The notes under the pieces were generated by a model. That model ran no database searches, was not told the origin of the DNA, and worked only from the letters and a program-made list of their open reading frames with translations. A DNA stretch of 64,000 nucleotides. Source: Deferribacterales bacterium (GTDB taxonomy: Bacteria > Chrysiogenota > Deferribacteres > Deferribacterales > Geovibrionaceae). Location of the stretch: the NCBI GenBank assembly GCA_050253075.1, contig JBFWJS010000006.1:1-64000 (forward strand), given 5' to 3'. Positions 49,202-59,716 of the stretch are shown one piece after another (position 1 is the first letter of the stretch; every line of letters begins with the position of its first letter). A program made the translations under genes and the position numbers.

Positions 49202-50494
49202 ATGGCAATGATTTCGCATAAGAGTATCTTTGATAAGCTGAGCCTCGATCTTTGGCTCGGTTCGGCAGAACTAAAGAATATGCTTTATGAGATGGACGTT
49301 CCTGCGTTCATCGATTATCTGCGTGCCCGCAACATTTCCCTTTTTACTATCCCGCATACCCTCCACGGAGACCTCTGCGACATGAACGGCAAGGTGCTGA
49401 TAAGCAACGGCCAGAATGTGGTGGACAGGCTTAAAATGCTCCTTGAGCGGTATATGAATGACAAAAACTTTCATACTATGCCGCTTTGCTTCATGCCTGA
49501 TGAAAAGCTCGTCAGCCATTACCGCTTTCAGATGAAGAGTATCATCATGCAGGAGATACAGTCCGCACTGGTAAAGCACCCGAAGCTCAGCTTTCTGTAT
49601 AAGCAGCAGATGAGCAGACAGGACAGCACATTCGATCAGCTGGCTGAATTCATAGACCATGTGACAGATACGCCCAGAGGGATCAATATCTGCCTGAACT
49701 ATATAGTAAACCTCAAGGCAAACCATCATCTCTTCACAAAGACGGCGGCCTCCTCTTTCCTTTCGCTCCTCTTCGGCAAACCCTATTTTGCGAAAGTGCG
49801 CCCTGCGGAAAAGGATCAATACATCAACAAGCTGATGTGCGCGTGCTTTTTCCAGAGTTCACACGAGCTTTCGGATGAGAAACAGGATGCCAGTCAGCAG
49901 GAAAAGGCTCTTAACTCTGCATCCATAACAAACGACGTCTGCGACTGCCCACGCACCACCGACGCCGTGGCGAAACTTCGGGAACACCACAAAGGGAGGA
50001 TAAAGCCTCTGTTCAAAGAAAAAGAGAATGCCGAGAATGATTTTCTAAAGATAATGAGTTCTGTAAACCTATTTCTCGGGGTGATGGAGAGCAATAATTT
50101 TATGCCCGCAAATATCGAGGCGCATAAATCCATGTATTACCTTGCAGAGTCAGGATACGCCAGCCGTGACATAGTCGACATACAGGGTCAGGTTCTCCTG
50201 CCGAATATAAAGGCAAGGATACTCTCATACGCCAATGCGATAAAAGAGAAAGCCACATGCAGCCCTGTCATATGGGGGCTCTCGGGGGATATGATACCAA
50301 TCAAGGTGATATGCGACAGAGAGGACTGTGCCCACATCGGACAGCATAAAACACTGATCCCCGAACGTGTTAAGGTGAAAGCTGATTATGTATATGATAC
50401 AGATATTTACTCAGGTATATATTATACCTGCAACCTGCTGACGAACAAGCTGAGGGATTATTATAAATCCCAGATCAAAGCACCTACGGCGTGA
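49202..50494 (+). CDS. Hypothetical protein, possibly degenerate HD-GYP fold with Cys-rich C-terminus
   Basis: 430-aa ORF with AGGAG RBS; motif order resembles HD-GYP but lacks HD/HHE/GYP. Confidence 0.6.
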   Translation: MAMISHKSIFDKLSLDLWLGSAELKNMLYEMDVPAFIDYLRARNISLFTIPHTLHGDLCDMNGKVLISNGQNVVDRLKMLLERYMNDKNFHTMPLCFMPDEKLVSHYRFQMKSIIMQEIQSALVKHPKLSFLYKQQMSRQDSTFDQLAEFIDHVTDTPRGINICLNYIVNLKANHHLFTKTAASSFLSLLFGKPYFAKVRPAEKDQYINKLMCACFFQSSHELSDEKQDASQQEKALNSASITNDVCDCPRTTDAVAKLREHHKGRIKPLFKEKENAENDFLKIMSSVNLFLGVMESNNFMPANIEAHKSMYYLAESGYASRDIVDIQGQVLLPNIKARILSYANAIKEKATCSPVIWGLSGDMIPIKVICDREDCAHIGQHKTLIPERVKVKADYVYDTDIYSGIYYTCNLLTNKLRDYYKSQIKAPTA

Positions 50495-51173
50495 GAGAGC
50501 CGAAGTACTTTCTGATAAGGCTTTCGGCCAGGGTCAGGTCTTCCGAATAGGTTAGTTTGACGTTGTCGGGGCTGGACGGAACCCAAGAGACGCTCTTGCG
50601 GTACATCTCCATAGCCTGCGCTTCGTCTGTGACGGCTATGTCAAATTCCGCTGCATTCTCGATGGCCTTTTTCAGCACTGAGGTTTTGAACACCTGCGGT
50701 GTGTGTGAAAGTATGTATTCATCCCTGTTGACTGTTTTATCTATCTTTCCGCCGTCCACTCTCTTCAAAGTATCCCTGACCTGAAGCCCGCATATCGCAG
50801 CCCCGCTCTTTGCTGCGGATTCTACGACAGCCTGCACCAGCGCAGGAGTGATGAATGGTCTGACGGCATCGTGTATGAGCACCATGTCGGTCTTGACGGC
50901 TTTTATGCAGTTATATACGGTCTCATACCTCTCTGCACCACCCTCTATCAGACGATAGTTAGAGACATCTGCCATGCGTGCCTGCTCTCTTATATATTCA
51001 AAATCGGAAGGACTCGCCCCCATCAGGAATTCCTGAAAGGGGTAAGCCCGTTTTAATGCTGTAAGCGTATAGTAGAAAACGGTATTGTCGAAAATAGTAA
51101 AGAACTGCTTTTTGACGTCTCCGCCAAATCTCTTTCCTATCCCCGCTGCGGGGATGACAGCCGTTATGCTCAA
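50484..51173 (-). CDS. ispD: 2-C-methyl-D-erythritol 4-phosphate cytidylyltransferase
   Basis: PAAGIGKRFG, GGAER, IHDAVRPF, TPQVF, TDEA, NVKLT. Confidence 0.94.
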   Translation of the reverse strand: MSITAVIPAAGIGKRFGGDVKKQFFTIFDNTVFYYTLTALKRAYPFQEFLMGASPSDFEYIREQARMADVSNYRLIEGGAERYETVYNCIKAVKTDMVLIHDAVRPFITPALVQAVVESAAKSGAAICGLQVRDTLKRVDGGKIDKTVNRDEYILSHTPQVFKTSVLKKAIENAAEFDIAVTDEAQAMEMYRKSVSWVPSSPDNVKLTYSEDLTLAESLIRKYFGSLTP

Positions 51174-52144
51174 GATTTTGCCTTTGTGAAGATGATACGT
51201 CCGGACTCTGTCTGCAGCAGACTGGTGACAGACACCTTTACGGTCTTGCCTATCAGCTTTCGTCCGTTCTCCACCACTATCATTGTTCCGTCGTCGAGGT
51301 ATCCTACACCCTGATTCTGCTCTTTACCCTCTTTCACAACGTTTATCTCGAAATCCTCCCCCGGGAGGACGGTCTGGCGCATTGCCATGGCGAGGTTGTT
51401 TATGTTCAGAGCGGGAATGTCCTGTATCTCGGCTACCTTCAGCAGGTTAAAGTCTGTGGTGACGATGCCGGCTTTCAGCTTTTTCGCCAGAGCGACGAGC
51501 TTCTCGTCCACTGTGCCGATGTCGCTGAAGTCTGTATTATTTATATCCACGGGCAGTATGGTCTGTTCCTGCAGTCTTTTCAGCACATTCAGACCTCTGC
51601 GCCCTTTCTGTCTGCGCAGGTGGTCGTGTGAGTCGGCTATATTCTGCAGCTCTTTCAGCACGAATGTCGGGATGACCAGCGCACCTTCGACGATGCCCGT
51701 ATCCACAATATCCGCCATTCTGCCGTCTATCAGCGTGGATGTATCCAGCACCTTTGCCGTTGCCGAATACCTCGGCGCTTTCGGCTGTTTCACCGAGAGT
51801 TTGTTTATCAGAGCTTCAAATATCCATGAAACCTTCTGACCGACCATAACACCCAGATAAAGCATAAAGAAATAAAATGCCAGCCTGAGCGCATCACTTG
51901 TGAAATAAGCCGTAAATATAGACGCGAGGGAGTAACCAATAAGTAAAAAAACGAGCGCACCGAAAGCACCGCTGAAAAAACGGTAACTCTTGATGTCGGA
52001 AATAAGAGTTTCAATAAAGACGATTGCAAAAATTACTCCGAGCGAATACAGAACAGCCTGTTCCATAGTGATATCTACCTTGTCCCTTGTCAGGACGAAG
52101 ACGACCACTATAAAAATGGCGTAAACTATTCTAAATATCCACAT
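51170..52144 (-). CDS. Membrane PIN/TRAM domain protein (YacL-like)
   Basis: LDTSTLIDGR, ELQ.IADS, GRRGL, TTDFNL, QGVGYLDDGTMIVVE. Confidence 0.9.
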   Translation of the reverse strand: MWIFRIVYAIFIVVVFVLTRDKVDITMEQAVLYSLGVIFAIVFIETLISDIKSYRFFSGAFGALVFLLIGYSLASIFTAYFTSDALRLAFYFFMLYLGVMVGQKVSWIFEALINKLSVKQPKAPRYSATAKVLDTSTLIDGRMADIVDTGIVEGALVIPTFVLKELQNIADSHDHLRRQKGRRGLNVLKRLQEQTILPVDINNTDFSDIGTVDEKLVALAKKLKAGIVTTDFNLLKVAEIQDIPALNINNLAMAMRQTVLPGEDFEINVVKEGKEQNQGVGYLDDGTMIVVENGRKLIGKTVKVSVTSLLQTESGRIIFTKAKS

Positions 52145-52145
52145 A

Positions 52146-53147
52146 TTATCCTCTTTTCAAATAATTGTTTAAGGACTCAAAGTCCTCTTTCCTGCCGAGT
52201 GCGATGAGAGTATCCCCCGCTGTGAGTATCTCGTCAGGGCCGGGGTTATATATGAATCCCCGCTTGCTCTTGCTGATGGCGACGATGATTATCCCGTGAC
52301 TCCTGATGTTTGAGTCTTTGATAGTCGTGCCGTCCAGCTTACAGTTTTCTGCGACAGCCACCTCCTCTACCATGATGTTATATCCTGTCTGCCCCATAGC
52401 CATGTCTATGAAGTCTGTTACATGGGGCTTGATGATGCTCTGTGCTATGCTCTGCCCGCCGATGGTATACGGAGATACGATCTTATCCGCACCCGCCCAC
52501 ATCAGCTTGCTCTGCGCCTCTTCCTGTGCGCATTTCGTAACGACATAAAGGTCTCTGTTCAGCCCCTTCGCCGTGAGAACGATATAAAGGTTCGTAACAT
52601 CCTGATCCACAACGGTGATAAGCCCCTTTGCACGGAGTATCCCCGCCTTAAGCTGTACGCTCTCGTGTGTGGCATCGCCTGTGACGAAGAGGTACTGATT
52701 CTCGGATGTTTCGCTCTGTCTCGGATGAGGATCTATTATCACAAACGGAAGATTGTTCTCCGACAGCAGGTTAGCTATTATGCGCCCCATCCTGCCGAAT
52801 CCGCATAGGATATAATGATCTTCCAGAGCATCTATTTTACTTTCCATCTTCTTTCTCCCGAACATGTTTCTCAGCTCTCCGGCGACCACATAGTCAACAA
52901 ACTGCGATGCAGTATATGCCAGAGTACCCGTACCCAAAATGATCAAAAAAATCGTAAAAACCTTTCCCCCTTGTGAAAGAGGTATCACCTCACCGAAACC
53001 GACGGTGGATATGGTGATAACGGTCATGTAAAGCGCATCTATTAAGCTGGCTCTCTCGATAAGCATATAACCCACCACGCCTAAGGCCATGGTGGCAAGT
53101 ATGAGAAATCCGCCTACATAGACAAATTTAACCTTTGATTCTCCCAT
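52146..53147 (-). CDS. Potassium channel with TrkA-N/C (RCK) domains
   Basis: TISTVGFGE selectivity filter, CGFGRMG, GDAT. Confidence 0.9.
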   Translation of the reverse strand: MGESKVKFVYVGGFLILATMALGVVGYMLIERASLIDALYMTVITISTVGFGEVIPLSQGGKVFTIFLIILGTGTLAYTASQFVDYVVAGELRNMFGRKKMESKIDALEDHYILCGFGRMGRIIANLLSENNLPFVIIDPHPRQSETSENQYLFVTGDATHESVQLKAGILRAKGLITVVDQDVTNLYIVLTAKGLNRDLYVVTKCAQEEAQSKLMWAGADKIVSPYTIGGQSIAQSIIKPHVTDFIDMAMGQTGYNIMVEEVAVAENCKLDGTTIKDSNIRSHGIIIVAISKSKRGFIYNPGPDEILTAGDTLIALGRKEDFESLNNYLKRG

Positions 53148-53962
53148 TAGAAGATTATCCCCACTAAGCGTACTAACATTGTCTTGATGAAGTATACTAC
53201 AAATATCAGTACCATGGCGCTAATATCTATGACGCCGATAGTGGGAATTATCTTTCTGAAAGGTTCCATAACAGGCTCGGTGAGCGAGTGTATGATCTGA
53301 ACCACAGGGTTGCGGGGGTCGGGGCTCACCCAGCTCATCAGAGCACGGATGATCACAAGCCATACGAATATGTCAAGCAGGCCGGCAACAGTGAGCAGAT
53401 TCGCCCTCGTAGCCAGCATCAGCGAACCAACAGGGTTCACCGCACTGCCTATCATCGCCTGATACGCAACATTCACTCCTGCTGTGGCAGCAGTGAAAAA
53501 TGCGAAGATTATTATAATAGCGGGTATGATGACCGCATTGCTTTTGATGGGGATAAATGTCCTTGTCAGCTTCACCCAGAAGGATGCTATGCGCTTGAAA
53601 AACATAGCATAGTGCGTCATGCTCGCATTGCCTGCGAAACCGCCCAAAATGGTGCTTACGATGTAAAACATCATGAGAAAGCCGAGTATGTCCGCCAGCC
53701 CGTAAAGCATCGCAGTAGGGATGCCCGCCGTAGTCAGCATGAAAACCACGAGACCGTCCAGAACAACCGCCAGCAGGATAAATACAGGCAGTATATTATC
53801 CGCACTCTTCTTTGTCAGCTTGAACGTCTTTTCCAGTATAGGGTCTGTCATCTTCCCCACCAGCTTGCCCAGCGGGTTGAAGTATAGCTCCTGCCTTGTC
53901 ATAACTGTCCTGAATATCAGAACAACCAGAAAGAATTTTATAACTGATTGTAAAAGTCCCAT
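53147..53962 (-). CDS. yggT: YggT family membrane protein (two-domain)
   Basis: NP...TDP in the first half; RALMSWVSPDPRNP..TEP..P, IDIS in the second. Confidence 0.8.
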   Translation of the reverse strand: MGLLQSVIKFFLVVLIFRTVMTRQELYFNPLGKLVGKMTDPILEKTFKLTKKSADNILPVFILLAVVLDGLVVFMLTTAGIPTAMLYGLADILGFLMMFYIVSTILGGFAGNASMTHYAMFFKRIASFWVKLTRTFIPIKSNAVIIPAIIIIFAFFTAATAGVNVAYQAMIGSAVNPVGSLMLATRANLLTVAGLLDIFVWLVIIRALMSWVSPDPRNPVVQIIHSLTEPVMEPFRKIIPTIGVIDISAMVLIFVVYFIKTMLVRLVGIIF

Positions 53963-53973
53963 ATCATATCCTC

Positions 53974-54654
53974 TTAATAAGTTCTATGCCCGAAGAGAGC
54001 CGTACCTATGCGCACCATTGTGCTCCCTTCCTCCACGGCTATCAGGTGATCGTCGCTCATCCCCATTGAGAGGATGTCCATGCCGTAGCCCTTCTCGTCG
54101 TTTCCTTTGTCGAAGAGCTTCTTCATCCGTGCGAAGAACTGTCTGTTGTCCTCCACATCGTCCACCAGAGGGGGCATCATCATCATCCCTCTCAGGCGCA
54201 GGTTCGGGCATTTCTTTATAAAATCACAAAGTTCAAAGGCATCTTTCTCATCGGTGCCTGATTTATTTTCGTCATGGGCGATGTTTACCTGTATGAGAAC
54301 ATCCTGAACACGCCCTTCTTTCTCAAAGTGCTTCTGCATAAGCTCCGCAAGCTCCTCGGAGTCTACGGAATGGATGAGTGCGAAGTTGTCCTTGAGGTAT
54401 TTCACCTTATTTTTCTGGATGTGCCCGATGAAGTGTATCTCTACCTTATCCTTCATCTCTGCAGCCTTTTCCAGAGCTTCCTGCACACGGTTTTCACCAT
54501 AGATTTTATGTCCTGTGGTTTCGTATGCGTTTATTATGTCAGACAGAGGAAAACGCTTGCTCACGGCGACCACGGTCACTTCACGTGTGATGCCGCTGCG
54601 CTTTTTCGCTTCCTCTATTCCTGATTTTATACTTTCCAGCCTGTCCTTAAACAC
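53974..54654 (-). CDS. yggS: PLP homeostasis protein
   Basis: VAVSK, GENRVQE, HFIGHIQKNK, LSMGMSDD, GSTMVRIGT. Confidence 0.94.
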   Translation of the reverse strand: MFKDRLESIKSGIEEAKKRSGITREVTVVAVSKRFPLSDIINAYETTGHKIYGENRVQEALEKAAEMKDKVEIHFIGHIQKNKVKYLKDNFALIHSVDSEELAELMQKHFEKEGRVQDVLIQVNIAHDENKSGTDEKDAFELCDFIKKCPNLRLRGMMMMPPLVDDVEDNRQFFARMKKLFDKGNDEKGYGMDILSMGMSDDHLIAVEEGSTMVRIGTALFGHRTY

Positions 54655-55402
54655 TTTCCCGCCTCACAATCACACCGAGCATCCTGCCTGTTTTCCCTTT
54701 GTCCCTGCGGTAAGAGTAAAGGTCACCGCTGGCAAATGTGCAGTCTCTGATGTGCTCTATGTTTGTTATACCTTTTGATCTGAGGTTTTCTTCTATGACT
54801 GTTCTGATACACAGCCTGTAGCTGCCGTCGGTCTCTGCCACGGCTTTCGGGCATATAGCAGCAAACTTTTCGGCGAGCTCTGCGCCCACTTCATAGTTTT
54901 CGGCGGATATCCCCGGACCTATCCCCGCATAAACAGGGAAATCATTATATTTCTCAAACATCTTCACAGCTTCGCTCATGATGTCCGCAGATACGGATTT
55001 ATGACCGCAATGTAAAGCGGCGATCCCTTTTTGCCCCGCCAGAAACAGGTTATAGCAGTCGGCAGTGAGTATGCCTATGGCAACGTTCTTTTCCAGTGTG
55101 AAAAGCCCGTCCCCTTCTTTATACATCACATCGGGATAGTTATCCGATGTGACCTCGTGCACGATATTACCATGCACCTGTAAAAGGGTCGTCAGGTTGT
55201 TTAGACCGAAAGCACCCTTTAAAAGTTCAATATTTTTGACCGCGAATGACGCATTTTCATCAGTGTAAATAGCCATGTTCATTGAGGAAAATTCATTCAC
55301 GCTGTATCCGCCGTGACGTGTGGTGACAAAGCAGTCCACGCCGCTCGGCGCACTTTCATATCTGATTACAGGGATGTTAGCCTTGCTGATGTCCATAGTC
55401 AC
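54647..55402 (-). CDS. pgeF: PgeF/YfiH family protein
   Basis: TTRHGG.S, QVHG, DGLFT, TADC, HCG, GPGIS, SYRR, GRM. Confidence 0.9.
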   Translation of the reverse strand: MTMDISKANIPVIRYESAPSGVDCFVTTRHGGYSVNEFSSMNMAIYTDENASFAVKNIELLKGAFGLNNLTTLLQVHGNIVHEVTSDNYPDVMYKEGDGLFTLEKNVAIGILTADCYNLFLAGQKGIAALHCGHKSVSADIMSEAVKMFEKYNDFPVYAGIGPGISAENYEVGAELAEKFAAICPKAVAETDGSYRLCIRTVIEENLRSKGITNIEHIRDCTFASGDLYSYRRDKGKTGRMLGVIVRRESV

Positions 55403-55454
55403 CTCTATTCTTTTATCCTACAAGAGGTTAGTCTATTCAGCAAGTAAAAAGGAT

Positions 55455-56615
55455 TTAATTAACCTCGGAAAGCTCCGCTTTTCTCACTTCTCTGTCTATA
55501 AACTGTACGAAAAACAATGAACATAAAGCGAGTACAACACCGGAAAAGAATGATATTCGATAGTCCAGAAGCCAGAGCGCACCGCCTATCACAGGGATGA
55601 AAACGGCAGCTATGTGGTTTATGGTGAAGCCCATCGCCATACCGTTTGCGAAGTCGGATGGGTCTGCGATCTTCTGATAAAATGTCCGTATCGATACGGA
55701 AAAGTTGAATACAATGTGATCTATGATGTAGAGGGCGGCGATAAGTATCTTACTGTCCAGCAGTGCGTATCCTGTGAATACAATGACGAGGACGCTGTAT
55801 TCGAGGCTGAGCATCTTCCTCTCGCCGAATCTGTTTATACCCTTTCCTATCAGCGGGTTAAAAAAGTAGTTCACTCCGTTGTTCAGTATGAAAAGTACGG
55901 CGATCTCCGTTGCGGAGAACTCGAACTTCTCCACCATAAGGAAAACTGAGAAAGCTACAAAAACCTGTCTGCGTGCCCCTGCGAGAAATGTCAGCATGTA
56001 ATACAGCCAGTAGCTCTTATTCAGTGTGAGCTTCTTCTTCTGAGCGGGCTTTGTCGGGTCGGAAGGATCCAGCTTAAAGCAGTAGAGTCCCGCCAGTATC
56101 ACAACCAAACCTGCTATGAGATAAATATATTTATATTCCAAAAACTTAAGCAGCACGATAACCATGATGCCCGCAAAGATATTTGTCCCTGCGGCGATAC
56201 TCCGCATCCTGCTGAAGACTATGGGCGAGGTTCGCTTATCGAAATACTGAAGTGTCAGCGACTGATTGACCGTCTCGTAATAATGGAATCCGAAGGACAT
56301 GACCACTGTGGTGAATATGATGCCGTAGAACGAAGGCATGAAGCCGGTGAGAGCGACACCCGCACCGAGTGTTATAATGCTGACGGTGGCCAGCTTATGC
56401 TCAGGAAGCATGACAATGGCGAGTATAACCAGAAGCGCAAGAAAGCCTGGAACCTCACGCAGAGACTGGATGATACCCATCTGGTATCCGTCTACGTTCC
56501 CTATCTCCACCGCAAAGTTGTTAAACATTGACCTCCAGCTCTGAAATCCGACATAAGCCGCGATATTCAGTATCAGGAGGAAGAGGTACATCTGTTTATT
56601 CGACTGGTCTGTCAC
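55455..56615 (-). CDS. MFS transporter
   Basis: About 12 TM helices; SLREVPGFL, GARRQVF, FTINHIAAV. Confidence 0.85.
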   Translation of the reverse strand: MTDQSNKQMYLFLLILNIAAYVGFQSWRSMFNNFAVEIGNVDGYQMGIIQSLREVPGFLALLVILAIVMLPEHKLATVSIITLGAGVALTGFMPSFYGIIFTTVVMSFGFHYYETVNQSLTLQYFDKRTSPIVFSRMRSIAAGTNIFAGIMVIVLLKFLEYKYIYLIAGLVVILAGLYCFKLDPSDPTKPAQKKKLTLNKSYWLYYMLTFLAGARRQVFVAFSVFLMVEKFEFSATEIAVLFILNNGVNYFFNPLIGKGINRFGERKMLSLEYSVLVIVFTGYALLDSKILIAALYIIDHIVFNFSVSIRTFYQKIADPSDFANGMAMGFTINHIAAVFIPVIGGALWLLDYRISFFSGVVLALCSLFFVQFIDREVRKAELSEVN

Positions 56616-57145
56616 TTCATTTTATCCAGGGTGGTTTTAAATACGGAATAATCATTTTCACTGTAGAGGCATAATGCTATCTTTTTCAGACCTATACCCG
56701 AGTGCATTTTTTCCAGCACGGCACCGACGATAACCTTCGCCGCATCCGCAAGCGGATATCTGAAAACACCTGTGGAAATAGCGGGAATAGCTATCGTATT
56801 TAAATTATATTCATCAGCTAGTTCTATAGATTTTATAATAGCTGACTTTAAGTATTTTTCAGGCTCCGGGTCTATGCCGTATCTCGGTCCGACAGCATGT
56901 ATGACATACTTCGCCAGCAGGCGTCCGCCTGTCGTGATGACAGCTCCACCCAGCGGACAGGAGCCTATCCTGTCGCACTCTTCCTGAATGACCTTGCCGC
57001 CTTTTAAGAGTATAGCACCTGCAACACCGGCTCCCATATGGAGCTTAGTATTGGCAGCGTTCACTATCGCATCCGTAGGCTGCTTTGTTATATCCCTTAA
57101 AATAACCTCAAGGGCAGTTCCGTTTATTTCTGTATTTACGCCCAT
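56612..57145 (-). CDS. Macro domain protein (YmdB-like)
   Basis: DITK, DAIVNAAN, GAGVAGAI, VIHAVGP, PAISTGVF. Confidence 0.92.
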   Translation of the reverse strand: MGVNTEINGTALEVILRDITKQPTDAIVNAANTKLHMGAGVAGAILLKGGKVIQEECDRIGSCPLGGAVITTGGRLLAKYVIHAVGPRYGIDPEPEKYLKSAIIKSIELADEYNLNTIAIPAISTGVFRYPLADAAKVIVGAVLEKMHSGIGLKKIALCLYSENDYSVFKTTLDKMK

Positions 57146-59685
57146 TTAACCATATTCAATTCAAATATATTTTTTATAAATTCGTGCGCAGGAAGGAGCG
57201 CAAAGCCGACCTTCATCTTTCCTGCTCTGCCTATCTTATACCCTGCTTTATAGTAGTGTCCGCCGTTGTTGTCGTCTACGTGATGGAGCTTTATGAACTC
57301 GGGCTTTTTCAGCACCCCGCTCTCTCCGTCGAAGTCTACCACGGCGTATACGTCCAGATGCAGGTGATCTACCTTCGGCGATGATATAGTTGCTTCAAAG
57401 GTTATCTCTGAGCCCATCTCCATAGTATCAGCCTGTACGTTTGTATATGTGAATTCTGAGTTATCCCATCCTGATATCACAGAGTCCTTCCACTCCAGAT
57501 ATTTATCCAGAGGTTCGAAGTTGTCCGGCTCTATATCTTTATAGAGATTATGCAGAGGGATATAAAACTTATCAGTGTATTCCATAACCATACGGGATGT
57601 GTTGAAGTATGCGGCGCAAACCTTCACAGCCTGCTTCATCATGTGCATCCACTCACGTGGAACGCCCATCCTGTCACGGTTGTAAAAGAGCGGCACTATC
57701 TCGTTCTCGAGCTTGTCGTATATCTCCATACTCTCGATATAGTCCTGATATTCTTCCTTTTCATACTCTTCGCCCGATCCGATGGCAAAGCCTGTCTCTC
57801 CGTTATAGCCTTCGTCCCACCATCCGTCGAGGATAGAGAAGTTCAGACCGCCGTTAGCGGCAATCTTCATACCTGACGTGCCCGATGCTTCCATAGGGCG
57901 TCTCGGTGTGTTCAGCCATATATCCACGCCGTGTGCGAGGTGTCTCGCCACTTCTATGTCGTAGTCTTCTATAAATACGACCTTATCCCTGAACTGAGGC
58001 TTACGGCATATGTGGAATATCTTTTTGATGATCTCCTTACCGCCGTCGTCTTTCGGGTGAGCCTTTCCTGCTATGAGGATCTGCACAGGTCTCTCCGGAT
58101 CGTTCAGTATCTTTTCCAGCCTCTCTTCATCCATAAAGAGCAGATAGCCTCGCTTATATGTGGCGAATCGCCTAGCGAAGCCTATGGTGAGGCAGTCGGA
58201 GCGGAGCACGTCGTCTGTCTTTGTTATCTCGCTGGCTGTACCGCCGCTTTTGATAACGTGTTTTTTCAGCCTTTCACGGGCAAACATGACGAGCCTGTTA
58301 CGCTGCTTCTCCTTTGCTTCGAAGAGTGCGCTGTCGGGTATCTTTTCTATGTCGTTCCACACGCTGAAGTCGTATGGCTTGCTCAGCCATGCTTCGGACA
58401 TATAGCGTGTGTAAAGTGTCTTAAAGTTTTCGGCGATGAATGTCGGCAGGTGGACGCCGTTTGTCACGTGTCCGATAGGCACATAGTCCTCGAGGGCGTT
58501 GTTCCACAGGGATTTGAACATCTCTCTGGAAACCTTCCCGTGCAGTGCGCTAACGCCGTTGCGGAATGTAGAGAGCCTGATACCGCATATCGCCATGGCA
58601 AAGCCTTCTGATTCGTCGAACGGGTTTTCACGTCCGAATCCCATCAGCTGGTTTATATTGAATCCTGTCTCGGCAAATATAGGCCCGAGATATTTATTTA
58701 TCTGGTCAGTGCTGAAAACGTCAAATCCAGCAGGCACAGGGGTGTGCGTTGTGAAAAGTGTCGATTTCTTCACTATTTCGGCGGCCTTTTTCAGTGATAT
58801 TCCGTCGTGTACGTATTGTCTGATTCGCTCCAGAGCACAGAATGAAGGGTGTCCTTCGTTTAGGTGGTAAACGCTGGGCTTCTTGCCCATAGCGAGTAGC
58901 GCCCTTGCGCCCGCTATACCGAGGATTATCTCCTGCTTGAGACGCATATCGGTATCACCGCCATAGAGCTGTCCTGTGATCTTTCTGTCTTCCAGATTGT
59001 TTGTTATGACGTCGGTGTCCATCAGATAAAGGGTGATAACGCCAACCTTCATCTCCCATACCTGCACGGCGACATCTCTGTCGGCTATTTTCACATAGAC
59101 CGTCAGCGGACTGCCGTCCTCGTTCATTACCTGATTCAGAGGCATACGGTGAAATTCGTTATAAGGGACAGACTGCTGCTGCCATCCGTCGGTGTTAAGA
59201 TACTGATGGAAATAACCGTTTCTATAAAGCAGACCGACGGCTATGAAAGGTATGCCGAGGTCGCTCGCTGATTTACAATGATCGCCTGAGAGAACGCCGA
59301 GACCGCCCGAATAGAGCTTTACAGATTCGTGTATGCCGTATTCCGCACTGAAATATGCTACACACATGTCCTCTGCACGCTTGCCTCCGTGGGCAAGGTC
59401 GAACCATTTCGGCAGGTCTTTGTATTCCTTCAGCTTGTCGTAGACATTGTCCATGAAGTTCATAAATACAGGGTCGGATGTCAGCCTTTGAAAGTCCTTT
59501 GTGCTGAGCTTTGATATGACCCAGACAGGGTTGTGCCCGCACTCTTCCCACAGGTCGAAATCTATCATGCGGAAGAGCTCTCTCGCCTCCCAGTTCCAAC
59601 TGTACCAGAGGTTATGCGCTATCTCCTCCAGAGGTTTAAGTGCATCGGGGAGCTTTGTTTTTACATTAAACTCATAAACTTTCAT
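57136..59685 (-). CDS. glgP: Alpha-glucan phosphorylase
   Basis: YSGGLGVL, HLNEGH, FARRFATYKR, EASGTSGMK. Confidence 0.94.
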   Translation of the reverse strand: MKVYEFNVKTKLPDALKPLEEIAHNLWYSWNWEARELFRMIDFDLWEECGHNPVWVISKLSTKDFQRLTSDPVFMNFMDNVYDKLKEYKDLPKWFDLAHGGKRAEDMCVAYFSAEYGIHESVKLYSGGLGVLSGDHCKSASDLGIPFIAVGLLYRNGYFHQYLNTDGWQQQSVPYNEFHRMPLNQVMNEDGSPLTVYVKIADRDVAVQVWEMKVGVITLYLMDTDVITNNLEDRKITGQLYGGDTDMRLKQEIILGIAGARALLAMGKKPSVYHLNEGHPSFCALERIRQYVHDGISLKKAAEIVKKSTLFTTHTPVPAGFDVFSTDQINKYLGPIFAETGFNINQLMGFGRENPFDESEGFAMAICGIRLSTFRNGVSALHGKVSREMFKSLWNNALEDYVPIGHVTNGVHLPTFIAENFKTLYTRYMSEAWLSKPYDFSVWNDIEKIPDSALFEAKEKQRNRLVMFARERLKKHVIKSGGTASEITKTDDVLRSDCLTIGFARRFATYKRGYLLFMDEERLEKILNDPERPVQILIAGKAHPKDDGGKEIIKKIFHICRKPQFRDKVVFIEDYDIEVARHLAHGVDIWLNTPRRPMEASGTSGMKIAANGGLNFSILDGWWDEGYNGETGFAIGSGEEYEKEEYQDYIESMEIYDKLENEIVPLFYNRDRMGVPREWMHMMKQAVKVCAAYFNTSRMVMEYTDKFYIPLHNLYKDIEPDNFEPLDKYLEWKDSVISGWDNSEFTYTNVQADTMEMGSEITFEATISSPKVDHLHLDVYAVVDFDGESGVLKKPEFIKLHHVDDNNGGHYYKAGYKIGRAGKMKVGFALLPAHEFIKNIFELNMVKWA

Positions 59686-59716
59686 AGTTATCCACCTGTA
59701 TTATAAACAAATAGTA

